The position numbers and the translations under genes are program-made. Below, piece after piece: positions 26,784-37,800 of a stretch of DNA of 64,000 bases. Within the stretch, counting starts at the first letter, position 1, and the number at the start of each line of letters is the position of its first letter. Under the pieces are notes generated by a model. The model was not told the origin of the DNA, did not search any database, and was given only the letters and a program-made list of their open reading frames with translations. Source of the stretch: a virus; IMG/VR virus record IMGVR_UViG_3300032799_000664, positions 66,446-130,445 of that record; one strand, given 5' to 3'.

Positions 26784-27512
26784 TCAGCCGCGCTGTGTGC
26801 GTGCCGCTTCGATGAACTCGTTCATGTAGGGCAAGCAGCGGATGTGCGCGCAGATGCCGTCGGCTCCGGACCACTCCAGCATGCGATGGTCGTGGCGATC
26901 GTAGTACATCTTGAGCGCCGACTCGTAGTTGAAGACGTAGCCGGCCCGCTGCAGGTAGCTCTCCGGCAGCTGCAGCTTCATGTGCCGCAGCAGCGGCACC
27001 CCTTCGTAGACCTTGCTGGTGCGCTCGTCGACGTACGCGTGCTTGCCGCGGTAGCACACGCCCATGTCGTTGAGCTTGAAGAGCACGCTCGGCTCGATGT
27101 CCTCGTCGGCGAAATCCGACGGCACCAGTTCACGACTGCCGAGCTTGTGCATCGTCGAACAGGAGTTGCGCACCGTGGCGATCTTGTACGTATCGAGCTC
27201 CTGCCAGATGGCCCGGGGAATGGTGATGGTCCACCAGATGCCGATCTCCCGCAGGAACTTGCGGTGCGCGCCGCCACCCTTGATGAGCCCGAGCGCCAAC
27301 CGCAGGTCGTCGGGGCCGAGGAACGGCAGCTCCGGCACGCGCATGTCAGGCGGCCAGGGGCGTGCGCCGGGGTCCATACGGCTGATCGGCGAGTCGTCGT
27401 AGAAGCGCGAATCGCTCTTGTCCCAGCTCTCCTTCGGGTTGCGCATGTCCGTCAGCGCTGGCTCGAACCCGAAGACCTTGACGTTGGTGATGCTCATGCC
27501 GGTCTCGCTCAT
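26784..27512 (-). CDS. ThyX-like (flavin-dependent thymidylate synthase superfamily) protein
   Basis: HRKFLREI, TIPRAIWQELDTYK, NSCSTMHKL, LPESYLQ, R..HRMLEW; ATGA-coupled to the upstream gene. Confidence 0.6.
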   Translation of the reverse strand: MSETGMSITNVKVFGFEPALTDMRNPKESWDKSDSRFYDDSPISRMDPGARPWPPDMRVPELPFLGPDDLRLALGLIKGGGAHRKFLREIGIWWTITIPRAIWQELDTYKIATVRNSCSTMHKLGSRELVPSDFADEDIEPSVLFKLNDMGVCYRGKHAYVDERTSKVYEGVPLLRHMKLQLPESYLQRAGYVFNYESALKMYYDRHDHRMLEWSGADGICAHIRCLPYMNEFIEAARTQRG

Positions 27513-28477
27513 CGCTTCCTCCCGCGGCAGAGGTGCCAGAAGCCGCACCACTTCTCGCTGCACACCCAGGCTGATGGGTCACACGGCGGGAAGACGCCGG
27601 CGCTGATGGCCTCGGCGACGCCCCGCACGATCTCCTCCAGCCAAAGGTAGTCCTGCGGCGTTCGCACAGCGCTGATGCGCTTGAGCGTCGGGGTCTTCTG
27701 CCGTAGCAGCTGATCAAAGCGAACCGCCGGAATCTTCTCGGCGTAGGAGTAGAGCGTCAGCTGCAGCGAACCATCGACGTCACCCTGCGAGAAGCTCTTG
27801 GCTTTGGTCTTGAAGTCGACGATGACCGTGCGCATCGCCTCGGGGATGGTCACACCCTTCTGGCGCATGATGACAACTTCGCTGGGCGAAGCGACGATGG
27901 TAGGATCATTCGTGTCGATCAGATCGACGAACCCGATGACCGGCACCCCAGCGATGAGAATGCCGAACTGCTTCTCGATGCCGCGCACTTCACCGTTCAT
28001 CGTCTTGATGACCTGCGGCCGAACCAGCGGCGCAAACTTGAGGTTGTACAGGCATACGAGCGCCAAGCCAGCGTCCTTTACCGCACCGGGCGTAGACGCA
28101 TCCTTCTCCCATTCTTCTTTGGGAACTTCCGACACGGCCTTGTCGAAAGAATCGGAGAAGGCTGCGGTGACCATCGACTCAGGCGCGGGAACGCCAGTAT
28201 CGACGATAGCGTGATGGGTCGTCTCTAGCGCCTTGTGCGTACCCTTGCCCAAGGTGAGCGCGACGCCCGGTGGTCGGATGGTGTCCTTGATGTAGCGGAA
28301 GTAGTACTGGCGCGGACAGCGCAAGTACATGTCGATCTGCGTGGCGGAAAGCGCCTTCTTGGGGAGGTGCAGCGGCTTCGGCAACGCCGCGGCTGCCTTG
28401 GTGAAGGAATCGAGCTGGGCCAACATCTCTGGCGTCGGCTCGAAATCTTCGATGAGAGGATTCGTAGAATCGGCCAT
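27509..28477 (-). CDS. PD-(D/E)XK nuclease (RecB/Cas4-like)
   Basis: LSATQIDMYLRCPRQY, GFVDLID, DFKT, QLTLY, CSEKWCGFWHLC. Confidence 0.85.
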   Translation of the reverse strand: MADSTNPLIEDFEPTPEMLAQLDSFTKAAAALPKPLHLPKKALSATQIDMYLRCPRQYYFRYIKDTIRPPGVALTLGKGTHKALETTHHAIVDTGVPAPESMVTAAFSDSFDKAVSEVPKEEWEKDASTPGAVKDAGLALVCLYNLKFAPLVRPQVIKTMNGEVRGIEKQFGILIAGVPVIGFVDLIDTNDPTIVASPSEVVIMRQKGVTIPEAMRTVIVDFKTKAKSFSQGDVDGSLQLTLYSYAEKIPAVRFDQLLRQKTPTLKRISAVRTPQDYLWLEEIVRGVAEAISAGVFPPCDPSAWVCSEKWCGFWHLCRGRKR

Positions 28478-28498
28478 GGTACTCCTCTTGTACCAGCA

Positions 28499-28972
28499 TC
28501 ACCGCCGTGGTTTGCCCGGCGGGGGTCGCTGGCTACGTTCGCGTTCCAGTTGCGCTTCCAACTGACGACTAGCCGCGACCAGACTGGACATGCCTTCCGC
28601 TTCGCCACGCGACTTGCTGCTTCGCGCGTGGCTCTCCGTCTCTCCCGGCGGGTCCAGCGATTCGCCCAGAGCCGGATCGAGTGGTGGCACCGGCGTCAAG
28701 GCAGTGATGTTCGGCGAAGGTTGTGCCGCGGGCGGTGGATCGTACACCCCCGCTGGCGCCAGCACCGGTCCCTGACCCAGACGCACGCCGCACTGCGGGC
28801 AGTGATCGGGCAGGTCAGTCGACTCGCATTCGATGTGCGCCTCGAATTCGCCTGGGTGACCCTTGCGCGGCTTGAAGATGATCGGCGTCGCAGGCTTGAC
28901 CCCACGCATGGCCAGCAACTTCGTGGCGTATTCGATGATGTCGGTGTGTCGCAAGATGAGGATGTGGTCCAT
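28499..28972 (-). CDS. hypothetical Pro-rich protein
   Basis: MDHILIL start with AAGGAG RBS; CPQC. Confidence 0.7.
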   Translation of the reverse strand: MDHILILRHTDIIEYATKLLAMRGVKPATPIIFKPRKGHPGEFEAHIECESTDLPDHCPQCGVRLGQGPVLAPAGVYDPPPAAQPSPNITALTPVPPLDPALGESLDPPGETESHARSSKSRGEAEGMSSLVAASRQLEAQLERERSQRPPPGKPRR

Positions 28973-28986
28973 GGTGAGTCTCCTTC

Positions 28987-30867
28987 TCAGGTGAGCGGTG
29001 ACGCTTTCGCTATCGGACGCGCCAACCCCCGAGGGTAGACGCACTCGTCGTCGAACGGCATGATGTCGCGCACCAGACACGATGTTGCGTGCTCACAGGC
29101 TGGGCAGGTGATGGCTGCGATGAGCGCCTCCGAGACGTCATGCTTGGTACGCAGTGCTCGGAGTACGGCCTCGTCGATGGTGCCCGCAGCGATCAAGCGG
29201 AAGATGGTCGTGTCGCGCTCTTGCCCCAGGCGGTGATTGCGGTCCTTCGACTGCTCGTAGTCGCCCAGCTTCCAGGGCAACGTGTAGTAGACCATGTAGT
29301 TGGCGGCGTTCAGCGTGATGCCGACGCCGGTTGAGACCTGACCGAGGTAGACCCGACACGTCAGGTCAGTGTTGAACTTCTCGGCCAGCGCTGCTGTGCC
29401 CCCACCGGTACTGCCATCGACGCGAACGTGACCGAGGTGTTGGTCGTTCAGGAGTTTCTCAATCAGGTCGAGCTCGGCCGCGTATTGCCCCCAGATGATG
29501 ACCTTGTTAGTGGAATCTTCGAGAATCTCCTCGAGAAGTTCCCGCAGTGCGTCGAGCTTGGCATTCTCCGGGAAGAACTCGACCAGTCGCGGTGAAGGCG
29601 ACGGATGCTTCACGCAGCGACTGGTGTGCGGCTTGATGCTGTCCTGCACACAGGTATGTAGATGTTCACAGTCGTCACAAGCCCGGGCTTCGGCTTCAGA
29701 GCGCACGTAGACGAAACCCGCCGCGATCTGCAGCAGCTTATTGAGCAGCGTCGCCACGTGCGGAATGTCAAGGAGTCGCCCCGCGCCGATGAGCAGCTGC
29801 GTCTGGATCTGCGCGAGCAACTCCTGATACTCCGTGGACAGCGTCAGCTCGCGGTAGAGCGTCCGTGCTCGCCCATACAGCTGCACCGTGCGATCGATGA
29901 CCACCTGCTTTGGCAAGTCGAGGCAAGCTTCCTTGGTGCGCCGCAGCGCTACCAGGCTGGTACGCGCATGCAGACCGTCAAGGTTCTTGTAGCCCACCAC
30001 GATGTGCTTGTTCGATTTGGCCGTGACGCAGTAAATCTGTTTGAACTTCCAGAACTCTTCCGCGGCGTAGGCGGGCGAGAGGAAGCGTAGCTGAGACCAC
30101 AGATCGCGGGGATCGCCCATCGACGGTGTCCCCGACATGATCACGCGTCGCGCTGCTTTCTGCGACAGCTCCAGCATCGTCAAGGTGCGGGTAGCTTCGT
30201 GGGACTTGATGTAGTGCGATTCGTCGGCCACCATCGCCGTGTAGGGCAGCTTTGCGATCTGCTCCGGAAAGCGCACCAAGGTGTCGTAGGACAGCACAAC
30301 GCCTTGGTAGCCTGACGTCTTGAGCAGCTGTTGCTCACGTTCGACCAGCGTCTCAGCATCGATGATGCAGAACTCCTGCTCGATGCCATGAACCTGCAGT
30401 TCACGTGCCCAGACCGAAACGACGATCTTGGGGCAGACCACCAGCGTCCAGCACCGTACCGCCCGCTGCCAATCGATGACGATCTTGGTCTTGCCCAAGC
30501 CACAGGCATAGAACAGCGCCGCGCGCCAGTAGTAGAGCAGATGCACGAGACCGTCGATCTGGTGTTGGTAAGGCTTCGTCTTGAACGTGAAACCATTCGG
30601 CAGCGCTTGGGCTTCGTGCTGTTTACGCAACTGTTGCAGCGTCGTAACAGCCTGCTGCGCCGCCGACGAGAAGACCACCGGCAACTTCAAGGCACGCATG
30701 TCCTTGAGGACGACCTCGGCCGCGGGCAGAAACGCCGGGTAGTACCACATCTGGTTCTGCCACAGCGCCCCGAACACTTTCATGAAGCGGATGTCCGCCG
30801 CGGCTACCACGAAGACCGGCGTCCCGCCGAGCGACGTAATCTTTACCTCGTAAACCGGTCCCGGCAT
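28987..30867 (-). CDS. SNF2-family helicase/ATPase
   Basis: PYQHQ, CGLGKT, DESH, MSGTP, LRRTK, GVGITL, QSKDRNHRLGQ. Confidence 0.92.
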   Translation of the reverse strand: MPGPVYEVKITSLGGTPVFVVAAADIRFMKVFGALWQNQMWYYPAFLPAAEVVLKDMRALKLPVVFSSAAQQAVTTLQQLRKQHEAQALPNGFTFKTKPYQHQIDGLVHLLYYWRAALFYACGLGKTKIVIDWQRAVRCWTLVVCPKIVVSVWARELQVHGIEQEFCIIDAETLVEREQQLLKTSGYQGVVLSYDTLVRFPEQIAKLPYTAMVADESHYIKSHEATRTLTMLELSQKAARRVIMSGTPSMGDPRDLWSQLRFLSPAYAAEEFWKFKQIYCVTAKSNKHIVVGYKNLDGLHARTSLVALRRTKEACLDLPKQVVIDRTVQLYGRARTLYRELTLSTEYQELLAQIQTQLLIGAGRLLDIPHVATLLNKLLQIAAGFVYVRSEAEARACDDCEHLHTCVQDSIKPHTSRCVKHPSPSPRLVEFFPENAKLDALRELLEEILEDSTNKVIIWGQYAAELDLIEKLLNDQHLGHVRVDGSTGGGTAALAEKFNTDLTCRVYLGQVSTGVGITLNAANYMVYYTLPWKLGDYEQSKDRNHRLGQERDTTIFRLIAAGTIDEAVLRALRTKHDVSEALIAAITCPACEHATSCLVRDIMPFDDECVYPRGLARPIAKASPLT

Positions 30868-30888
30868 CGTGTTTATCTCCCCGACAGC

Positions 30889-31329
30889 CTACGAGATGAC
30901 ACGCTTGAGATCAAGCCCGCAGAAGTTGCACCAGATGCGATACTCCTGGTTCATGATCTGCTGCTTAGCGTGGAAGATGCTCTCGACGTGGAGATCGTAG
31001 TTGCGCGCGAAACCGCCGGTGACGTTGTTGCAACGCGGACACCGCACCACCATGCTCTTGTCACCATCGTCAATCGCGATCGGTTCTACGGGAACAAAGT
31101 CGTCATGATGCTCGAGCAACTGCCACGCTAACATGCACAACGTACTCATCGGAGGCGCCGCGTGCCACTCCCGCGCCCGAGCTTCACACTTGGGCGTGTT
31201 GAACACCGGCGTCCCCGCGCAGGTCAAGCTCTCCGGGCAGTGCATACAATCAACGACCGTACGTAACTGCAGACACTCGTCGGCGACGCTGCAAAGCAGA
31301 CAGACGTCACGGTTGTACTCCTGGGTCAC
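30889..31329 (-). CDS. Cys-rich hypothetical protein
   Basis: GTG start at 31329 with GGAGG RBS; CLLC, CMHC, CPRC, CNFC. Confidence 0.7.
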   Translation of the reverse strand: MTQEYNRDVCLLCSVADECLQLRTVVDCMHCPESLTCAGTPVFNTPKCEARAREWHAAPPMSTLCMLAWQLLEHHDDFVPVEPIAIDDGDKSMVVRCPRCNNVTGGFARNYDLHVESIFHAKQQIMNQEYRIWCNFCGLDLKRVIS

Positions 31330-31347
31330 GTGGTTTATCCTCCGAGC

Positions 31348-33075
31348 ATGAGCTTCGCTGGCGATCCCTACAGCAGTGACGTAGAAGCCCTCTTTAGACA
31401 CAACACGACGCACCCTAACCCCATGTTCGACTTCCTGACGGGCTTCGTGCCCCGACGGTTGCGCGACCTCTTCATCTGGATGGAGTACCTCTACTACAAC
31501 TCCGCCCAGATCTTCGCCGGCCTCAAGAAGTTCTGCGAGTACCCCATCACCGACTTCACCTATGACACCACCAACGAGAACCTGAAGGACCGCGTCAAGC
31601 ACCTCGTCGAACAGACGCTGCGCTTGAAGGAATTCCTGATGGTCGTGGGGCGCGACTACTGGATCTACGGCAACGCATTCGTCTCCGTGTACCAGCCCTT
31701 CGCGCGGTTCCTCAAGTGCCCCGAGTGCGGCAAGATGGTGGGCATCGAACACGTCAACTACCGCTTCCGCTTCATGAAGCTTGCCTTCGAGTACACCTGC
31801 CGCCAGTGCAAGAATACCGTTGAGGGCCGCGTTATCGATCGCCGTCTGACCGACCCCAACCGCATCAACCTGGTGCGCTGGGACCCGAAGCAGATGGACG
31901 TCGACTTCAACCCGGTCAGCGGTGAAGCGGTCTACTACCACTCGGTCCCCGCCGAGATCAAGGACCGCATCCGCAAGGGCAACAAGCTGCTGCTCAACTC
32001 GCTGCCGCTGGCCTACATCAAGGCCGCGCGCGACAACAAGATGTTCCGCTTCGCCGACGACTACATCTTCCACATGAAGGTGCCGCCGCCGGCCGGTATC
32101 ACCCAGCAGTGGGGCTTCCCACCGCTTACCAGCGCCATCAAACTCTTCTTCTACGCCGCGGTGTTGCGCAAGGCCAACGAAGCCATCGCGCTCGATCACC
32201 TGGTGCCGTTCCGCGTCGTCTCGCCCGCCCAGGCAACCAGCGGCGCCGACCCTATCATGACCATCTCACTGGCCAACATGTTCGAGCAGTTCAAGGGCGG
32301 CATCCGCCGCTGGCGCCGCGACCCGCTCACCATCATGTTCGCGCCGGTGCCTGTCCAGCTCACCCAGATGGGCGGCGACGGCCGCGCCCTTCTGACCTTG
32401 GGAGAAGTTCAACAAGTCGAAGACAACATCATCGCCGCCATGGGCATCCCGCGCGAGTTCATCTACGGCGGCATGAGCTTCACGGGGTCAGCGATCACCC
32501 TCCGCATGCTCGAGAACCAGCTGCTGACCTACACCGGTGCACTGGATGAGCTGGCACAGTGGATCACCGACCGCTGCTGCCGCATCCTCGGCTGGGGCAA
32601 GGTCGATCTCGAGCTGCAGGAGTTCAAGCTCATCGACGACGTGCAGCAGAAGCAGCTCATCATGCAGCTCAACCAGGGTGGCCAGCAGATCATCTCGAAC
32701 ACCACCATCGCCGAGATGAACGACTTCGACCTCGACAAGGAGCGCGAACGGCGTATGGAAGAAGCCCTCGACGAAGTGCGCTTCCAGCAGACGCTGCAAC
32801 TCAAGGTGCAGAAGCTGCAGCAATCGCTGGCACAGAAGACCCAGCAAGAAGCACTGCGGGGTGGTCCAGGCATGAACTACGACCAGCAACAGGTCATCGC
32901 GCAAGCCGACCAGATGGTCGAGCAATTGTTGGGCTTGGATCCCGGCACCCGCAAGAGCCAGTTGCACGCCCTCCAAGTCGAAGACTTCGTCCTCTACTCC
33001 GTCGTGGTACAGCGACTCGAAGAGCGCCAGCTCGCCGCTGCCCAGCAGGGCAAAACCCAAGCCCGCGGCGGCTGA
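31348..33075 (+). CDS. probable portal protein
   Basis: About 575 aa; DYWIYGNAFV, INLVRWDP, IFHMK, WGFPPL, AAMGIP pattern of portals; CPEC/CRQC insert; Gln-rich helical C-terminus. Confidence 0.72.
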   Translation: MSFAGDPYSSDVEALFRHNTTHPNPMFDFLTGFVPRRLRDLFIWMEYLYYNSAQIFAGLKKFCEYPITDFTYDTTNENLKDRVKHLVEQTLRLKEFLMVVGRDYWIYGNAFVSVYQPFARFLKCPECGKMVGIEHVNYRFRFMKLAFEYTCRQCKNTVEGRVIDRRLTDPNRINLVRWDPKQMDVDFNPVSGEAVYYHSVPAEIKDRIRKGNKLLLNSLPLAYIKAARDNKMFRFADDYIFHMKVPPPAGITQQWGFPPLTSAIKLFFYAAVLRKANEAIALDHLVPFRVVSPAQATSGADPIMTISLANMFEQFKGGIRRWRRDPLTIMFAPVPVQLTQMGGDGRALLTLGEVQQVEDNIIAAMGIPREFIYGGMSFTGSAITLRMLENQLLTYTGALDELAQWITDRCCRILGWGKVDLELQEFKLIDDVQQKQLIMQLNQGGQQIISNTTIAEMNDFDLDKERERRMEEALDEVRFQQTLQLKVQKLQQSLAQKTQQEALRGGPGMNYDQQQVIAQADQMVEQLLGLDPGTRKSQLHALQVEDFVLYSVVVQRLEERQLAAAQQGKTQARGG

Positions 33076-33111
33076 CGCTTTACCGCGTAAAGAAGGCGGA
33101 GGAACATCATC

Positions 33112-33600
33112 ATGGCACGCAGCAGCGACAACGAGAGCGTCGCTTCCACGATGCGGCGCGCACAGGAGCTACCAGACGACACCGGTGGCGCCAGCGTTCC
33201 TCTCACCGGGTTGTTCCAGAACTTCCCGGTGCCGCCGGGTGAACCGGTGGTGGGTGACACACCAACGCGGCAGCCCCGAGGTCAGACCGAAGACCTGCTC
33301 CCGGGGCTGCCGAAGTACGACAAGATGCGTACCCACCTGCGCCGCTTCATCATCGGGCAGCGCTTGGTGGGCGATGACGAACGCGGCCGACCCAACTACG
33401 TCGACCAGGATGATTCCCAGGCATACGAGACCTTGATGGATGACATCTTGCAAGCCAAAGCTGCGTTGCGCTGGGAGGAGAAACAGCATTTGAAGGACGG
33501 CACGCTCGTGATCTCAGTCTGCTACTTCACGCAGCAGAACCCGCCAGCACCACCGCCGTCGGAGGATGAGCCGCCACTGGCCGGCGTCTCGGCGACCTAG
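33112..33600 (+). CDS. hypothetical protein
   Basis: 162 aa; GGAGG RBS. Confidence 0.75.
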   Translation: MARSSDNESVASTMRRAQELPDDTGGASVPLTGLFQNFPVPPGEPVVGDTPTRQPRGQTEDLLPGLPKYDKMRTHLRRFIIGQRLVGDDERGRPNYVDQDDSQAYETLMDDILQAKAALRWEEKQHLKDGTLVISVCYFTQQNPPAPPPSEDEPPLAGVSAT

Positions 33601-33671
33601 GTAGCTTCCGTCAGCTTAGACGAGAAGCAACAGCAACATCACGATCGCCATACATCCTTTCTCGCCCGGGT

Positions 33672-34550
33672 TCACGCCTCGAGCGTCTCGGCGGGAACGG
33701 TGACTACCTGCGACGTCGGGGTCGGCACGGAGGTCGGCTCCGTGACCGGCTCCGGCTCCGGCGCCGGAGTCACCGGCGGCTTCGCCGCCAGTGCCGCCTG
33801 CAACTTCTCGCGCATGCTACCCCCGCGGAAGGGCCGCCGCGCGCTGCGTCCGTGACCGTTGTGCGGTTGGTCGCTCGTCGCCGTCGTCCGGCCCAGCGTG
33901 CGGCAGTTCACGCAGCGCTGATGCGGCGTGAAGGTCTTCCCCGACCAGGGCTGGTTCACGACCGGCAGCAGCTCGTACTTGAGGATCGAGGTCGCCGCCT
34001 GCTCGACGTTGGTGCGCGCCGCCCGGCCACACGCCGGGTTGATGCAGATGCGACTGCAGACCGGCTGCTGCCGCTCCGCCCGCAGCATGTCGGCGAAGAC
34101 CTGCTCGCTCATGTTCTCGAGCTTGTCCGCCGCCTGGAGTTGCTCGCGCAGCACCTCGCCCCGGTAGATGCGCATGATGTCGCGCAGGTTGGCCAGCGTC
34201 TGGTAGGGGATGAACACCTTGACCAGTGCGTTGCGCACCACCATCGGCACGCGGTGCGGGTCGTACGACTCCGTCTTCAGCTCGGGGTCGAACGGGAACG
34301 CAGAGGACTCGGCCCACTGGTACTCCATCGCCGTGGCCACCGCGAGCACCGTGTCCGTGGAGATGCTGATGCCTTCGCGCACCAGCTCCGCCACGAACTC
34401 GGGGATCTCAGTGTGGGCACGCGCCCCGTAGGCGCGCAGGCACTGGTTGACGGAGAGCATCCGGCCGTGGTTGTCCCGAACGTTGGCCTGGAGAAAGACA
34501 CCGTCCGCCGACAGCAAGCCCATCGTGATCAGGTCGCGTTTCTCGAACAT
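33672..34550 (-). CDS. hypothetical protein with zinc finger and Pro/Thr-rich tail
   Basis: 292 aa; AAGGAG RBS; CINPAC...CVNC. Confidence 0.8.
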   Translation of the reverse strand: MFEKRDLITMGLLSADGVFLQANVRDNHGRMLSVNQCLRAYGARAHTEIPEFVAELVREGISISTDTVLAVATAMEYQWAESSAFPFDPELKTESYDPHRVPMVVRNALVKVFIPYQTLANLRDIMRIYRGEVLREQLQAADKLENMSEQVFADMLRAERQQPVCSRICINPACGRAARTNVEQAATSILKYELLPVVNQPWSGKTFTPHQRCVNCRTLGRTTATSDQPHNGHGRSARRPFRGGSMREKLQAALAAKPPVTPAPEPEPVTEPTSVPTPTSQVVTVPAETLEA

Positions 34551-34604
34551 GGTGAGGCTCCTTTCAGCTGAGTGGCGATGAAAAAACGAGACAGAAACGA
34601 TTCA

Positions 34605-34642
34605 CCGCAAGCGGCCTCCCGATGAAGGGAGGCCGCCTGCGG
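34605..34642 (-). terminator. strong hairpin, possible attenuator/terminator in the leader of 33672-34550
   Basis: CCGCAaGCGGCCTCCC...GGGAGGCCGCcTGCGG; T-rich tract further downstream on the minus strand. Confidence 0.5.
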
Positions 34643-34810
34643 CTGAGCCCACGGTTGTACGAAGCGCCTCACCCATGGGCGAGTTCAGGGCGCCAAGGCC
34701 GACGTGTACCTTTTCACCGCGCTCTTTCGGCACCCACGCGGTCTAGCCTTCTCGCCTGCCGTAGACGTCAACTCTCCCTACGGCCGAGACGAAAGGCGAA
34801 CTTCAACACC

Positions 34811-34860
34811 TTCTTATACCGGGCGTAGCGGTACTTTTCGGAGAGCCGCTGGTCTATACT
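34811..34860. promoter_or_regulatory. divergent promoter pair (minus TATAAG 34813-34818; plus TATACT 34855-34860)
   Basis: -10-like hexamers; the plus element lies 9 nt before the RNAP ATG, which has no RBS, suggesting a near-leaderless mRNA. Confidence 0.45.
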
Positions 34861-34869
34861 TGCTGCGCG

Positions 34870-37800
34870 ATGGCCTTGACCCCGGTTCTCATCGACGCCG
34901 CCACTCGTCGCACCCAGATCCACGAGAAAGCGACCGACGGGGTCCGCCGCGTGTTCCCGCTCGCCCTCCGTGATCATCGTGTCGAAGTCGAAGACCTCCA
35001 CGTAGTCTCAAAGGAGTACTCCTCCCGCGAACAGAAAGACGCCCTGCTGCAGGGGCACACGCTGCAGGAGCCGCTCAAGGGAAGCCTCATCCTCAAAGAC
35101 GCCGCCGGCAAGGTCGTCCAACGCAAAGACGACATCACGCTGGCGCAGTTGCCGTGGTTCACGCCGCGACACACGTTCATCGTAGACGGCAATGAATACT
35201 CGGTAGCAAACCAGCGTCGTGTCAGACCCGGCGTGTATACGCGGGTCAGGGGCAACGAAGAGCTCGAAGCCGCGTTCAACCTAGGCCGCGGTGACAACTT
35301 CCGTCTCAGCATGGACCCCGCCAAGGGTCACCTTTACATGCAGTACGGGACGACCAACATTCCGCTCTACCCCATCCTGCGCAAGCTCGGCGTGCCGGAG
35401 ACCGAGCTCAACCGCGCCTGGGGCAGCGGTGTTGTCGCCCAGAATCGCAGCATGTTCGCCGGTACCCCAGCGAAGGCCGACAAGGCCATGGACAAGCTCT
35501 ACGAGCGGCTGGTGCCGGAGTACCGCCGCACGCACCATACGCAGGAAGCCAAGGCCGACGCCATCCACGAGAGCTACAACAACACAGTGCTGGACCCCGA
35601 CGTCACATCCCGAACCCTGGGAGAAGCTTTCACACACGTGACGCCCACCGCGCTTGTTAAAGCTTCAAAGAAGCTGCTCGACGTACATCGTGAAGGCGTT
35701 GACACCGACGATCGTGACAGCCTCGCTTTCCAACAGCTGCTGAGCGCCGACGACTTCGTTCGCGAACGCATCCTGCTGGAAGGCCGCAACCTGGCCAAGA
35801 AGGCGCGCATGAAGGCGTCTTCGGGCAACCTCGACCTCGATCGCATCGTCCCACCGTCGCCATTCACCCGAACCCTCCGGAGCTTCATCACCAACAGCTC
35901 GCTGTCTTCGATCCCGACCCAAATCAACCCCGTCGAGATTCTCGACAGTGCTGCCAAGGTCACGACGTTAGGCGAAGGCGGCATTGAGTCCGAACGCGCC
36001 ATCCCCAACGAGGCCCGCAGCCTCCACCACACGCACTTCGGCCTCATCGATCCGGCGCGTACTCCTGAGAGCTTCCACGCCGGCGTTGATCTACGTGCCG
36101 CCCTCTGGCTCAAGCGTGATGAGCAAGGCCGGATGCACACGTTGTTGCGCAACGCCAAGACCGGCAAACTCCAAGATGTCGCAGTCCAGGATGTTGAGAA
36201 CGCCACCGTGGCGCTGCCGTGGCAACGTGCCCAGCAACGGGGTGTCTCTGCTCTGCGTGCCGGACAACCGGTCTCGGTCGGCCGCGGCGAAATCGACTAC
36301 GAACTGCCGCACCCGTCCTTCATGTTCTCGCTGTCGAGCAATACCATACCGATGCCGGAGAGCGTCGAAGGCTTCCGCCTGCTGATGGGCGCCAAGCACG
36401 TCGGCCAAGCCCTCCCGCTAGTGCACCGGGAAGCCCCGCTGGTACAAGTAGCCTCGTTCAATCCACACCGCACCATGGAGCAGGAGATCGCTCGTTTCAT
36501 CGTACCGCACGCCCCGGTCGCCGGCACCATCACCAAGGTCGACCAGGACTACATCTACCTGCGACCTGAAGCCAAGAAGAAGGCCGAAGCAGAGAGCGAA
36601 TGGCCGCAACTGATGCCCGTCGAGCACGTCTATCTCGCTGAAGACGGTGAGAAAACCGCCGCCACCCCGCTCATCAAGATCCCCTACGATGACCACTTCC
36701 CCCTGTCGTCCAAGACCTTCCTGCACAACAACGTCACCGTGAAGGCCGGCGACGAAGTCGATGCCGAACAGCTCCTCACCGATTCGAACGTCACCATGGA
36801 CGGTCGGTTGGCGCTGGGCACGAACCTCCGGGTCGGCTATCTGCCCTATTACGGGGCCAACACCAACGACGCGGTGGTCATCTCACAGGCCGCCGCCGAG
36901 AAGTTGACCAGCGAGCACATGTACAAGGAAGTGCTCCAGCTCGACCTGGACACCGTGCTCGAGCGCGACAAGCATCGCGCCATGTTCGGCAGCCGTTGGA
37001 CCGCCGCCCAGTACGCCCACCTCGATAACCGGGGCGTCGCGCGTTCCGGAGAGACGCTACAGCCAGGCGATCCTCTCATCCTCGGGCTGCATAAGGCCCT
37101 ACCCACCGCTGAACAGCGTATGCTTGGCAAACTTCACCGCACGTTGAACACGCCTTTCCGTGAGATTGCGTTGACGTGGGAGCACCGCTGTCCTGGCGAA
37201 ATCGTCGACGTCGTCGCGACGCCATCGCGCATCCTACTCACTGTTCGCACCAGTGAACCAGCGGCGATTGGCGACAAGATCTCGAACCGCTACGGCGGCA
37301 AAGGGGTCGTTGCCCAGGTGCTGCCGATTGCCCAGATGCCGCATACGCCCGATGGGCGACCGCTGGAGCTGCTCATGCCACCCACGGGGGTGCACGGCCG
37401 CATCAACCCAGCCCAGATTCTGGAAACCGCGGTCGCGAAGGTCGCGGAGAAGACCGGCAAGCCCATCGTCATCGAGTCGTTCAGTGGCAAGAACAACGTG
37501 AAGTGGGCACGCGGGCTTCTCAAGGAGCACGGCCTCACCGACAAAGAGATCCTCGACAACCCGATGACCGGGAAGACCATCAAGGGACCCGACGGCAAGG
37601 GCGTGATGGTCGGACCGCAGTACATCTACAAGCTCTTCAAGAGCACCGAGACGAACTACAGCGCGCGCGGCGTCGAGGACTACGACGCGAATCTCCAGCC
37701 AGCAAAGGGAGGAGCGACAGGGGCGAAAGCCCTCGGGCGCATGGAGATCAACGCCCTGCTGGCGCACAACGCCCGCAACGTCTTGCGCGAATCCATGACC

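Noticed and set aside
20969-28477. Two Cas4-like genes as CRISPR adaptation machinery
   Set aside because: Stand-alone PD-(D/E)XK nucleases are common in phage replication modules and no Cas1 is present.
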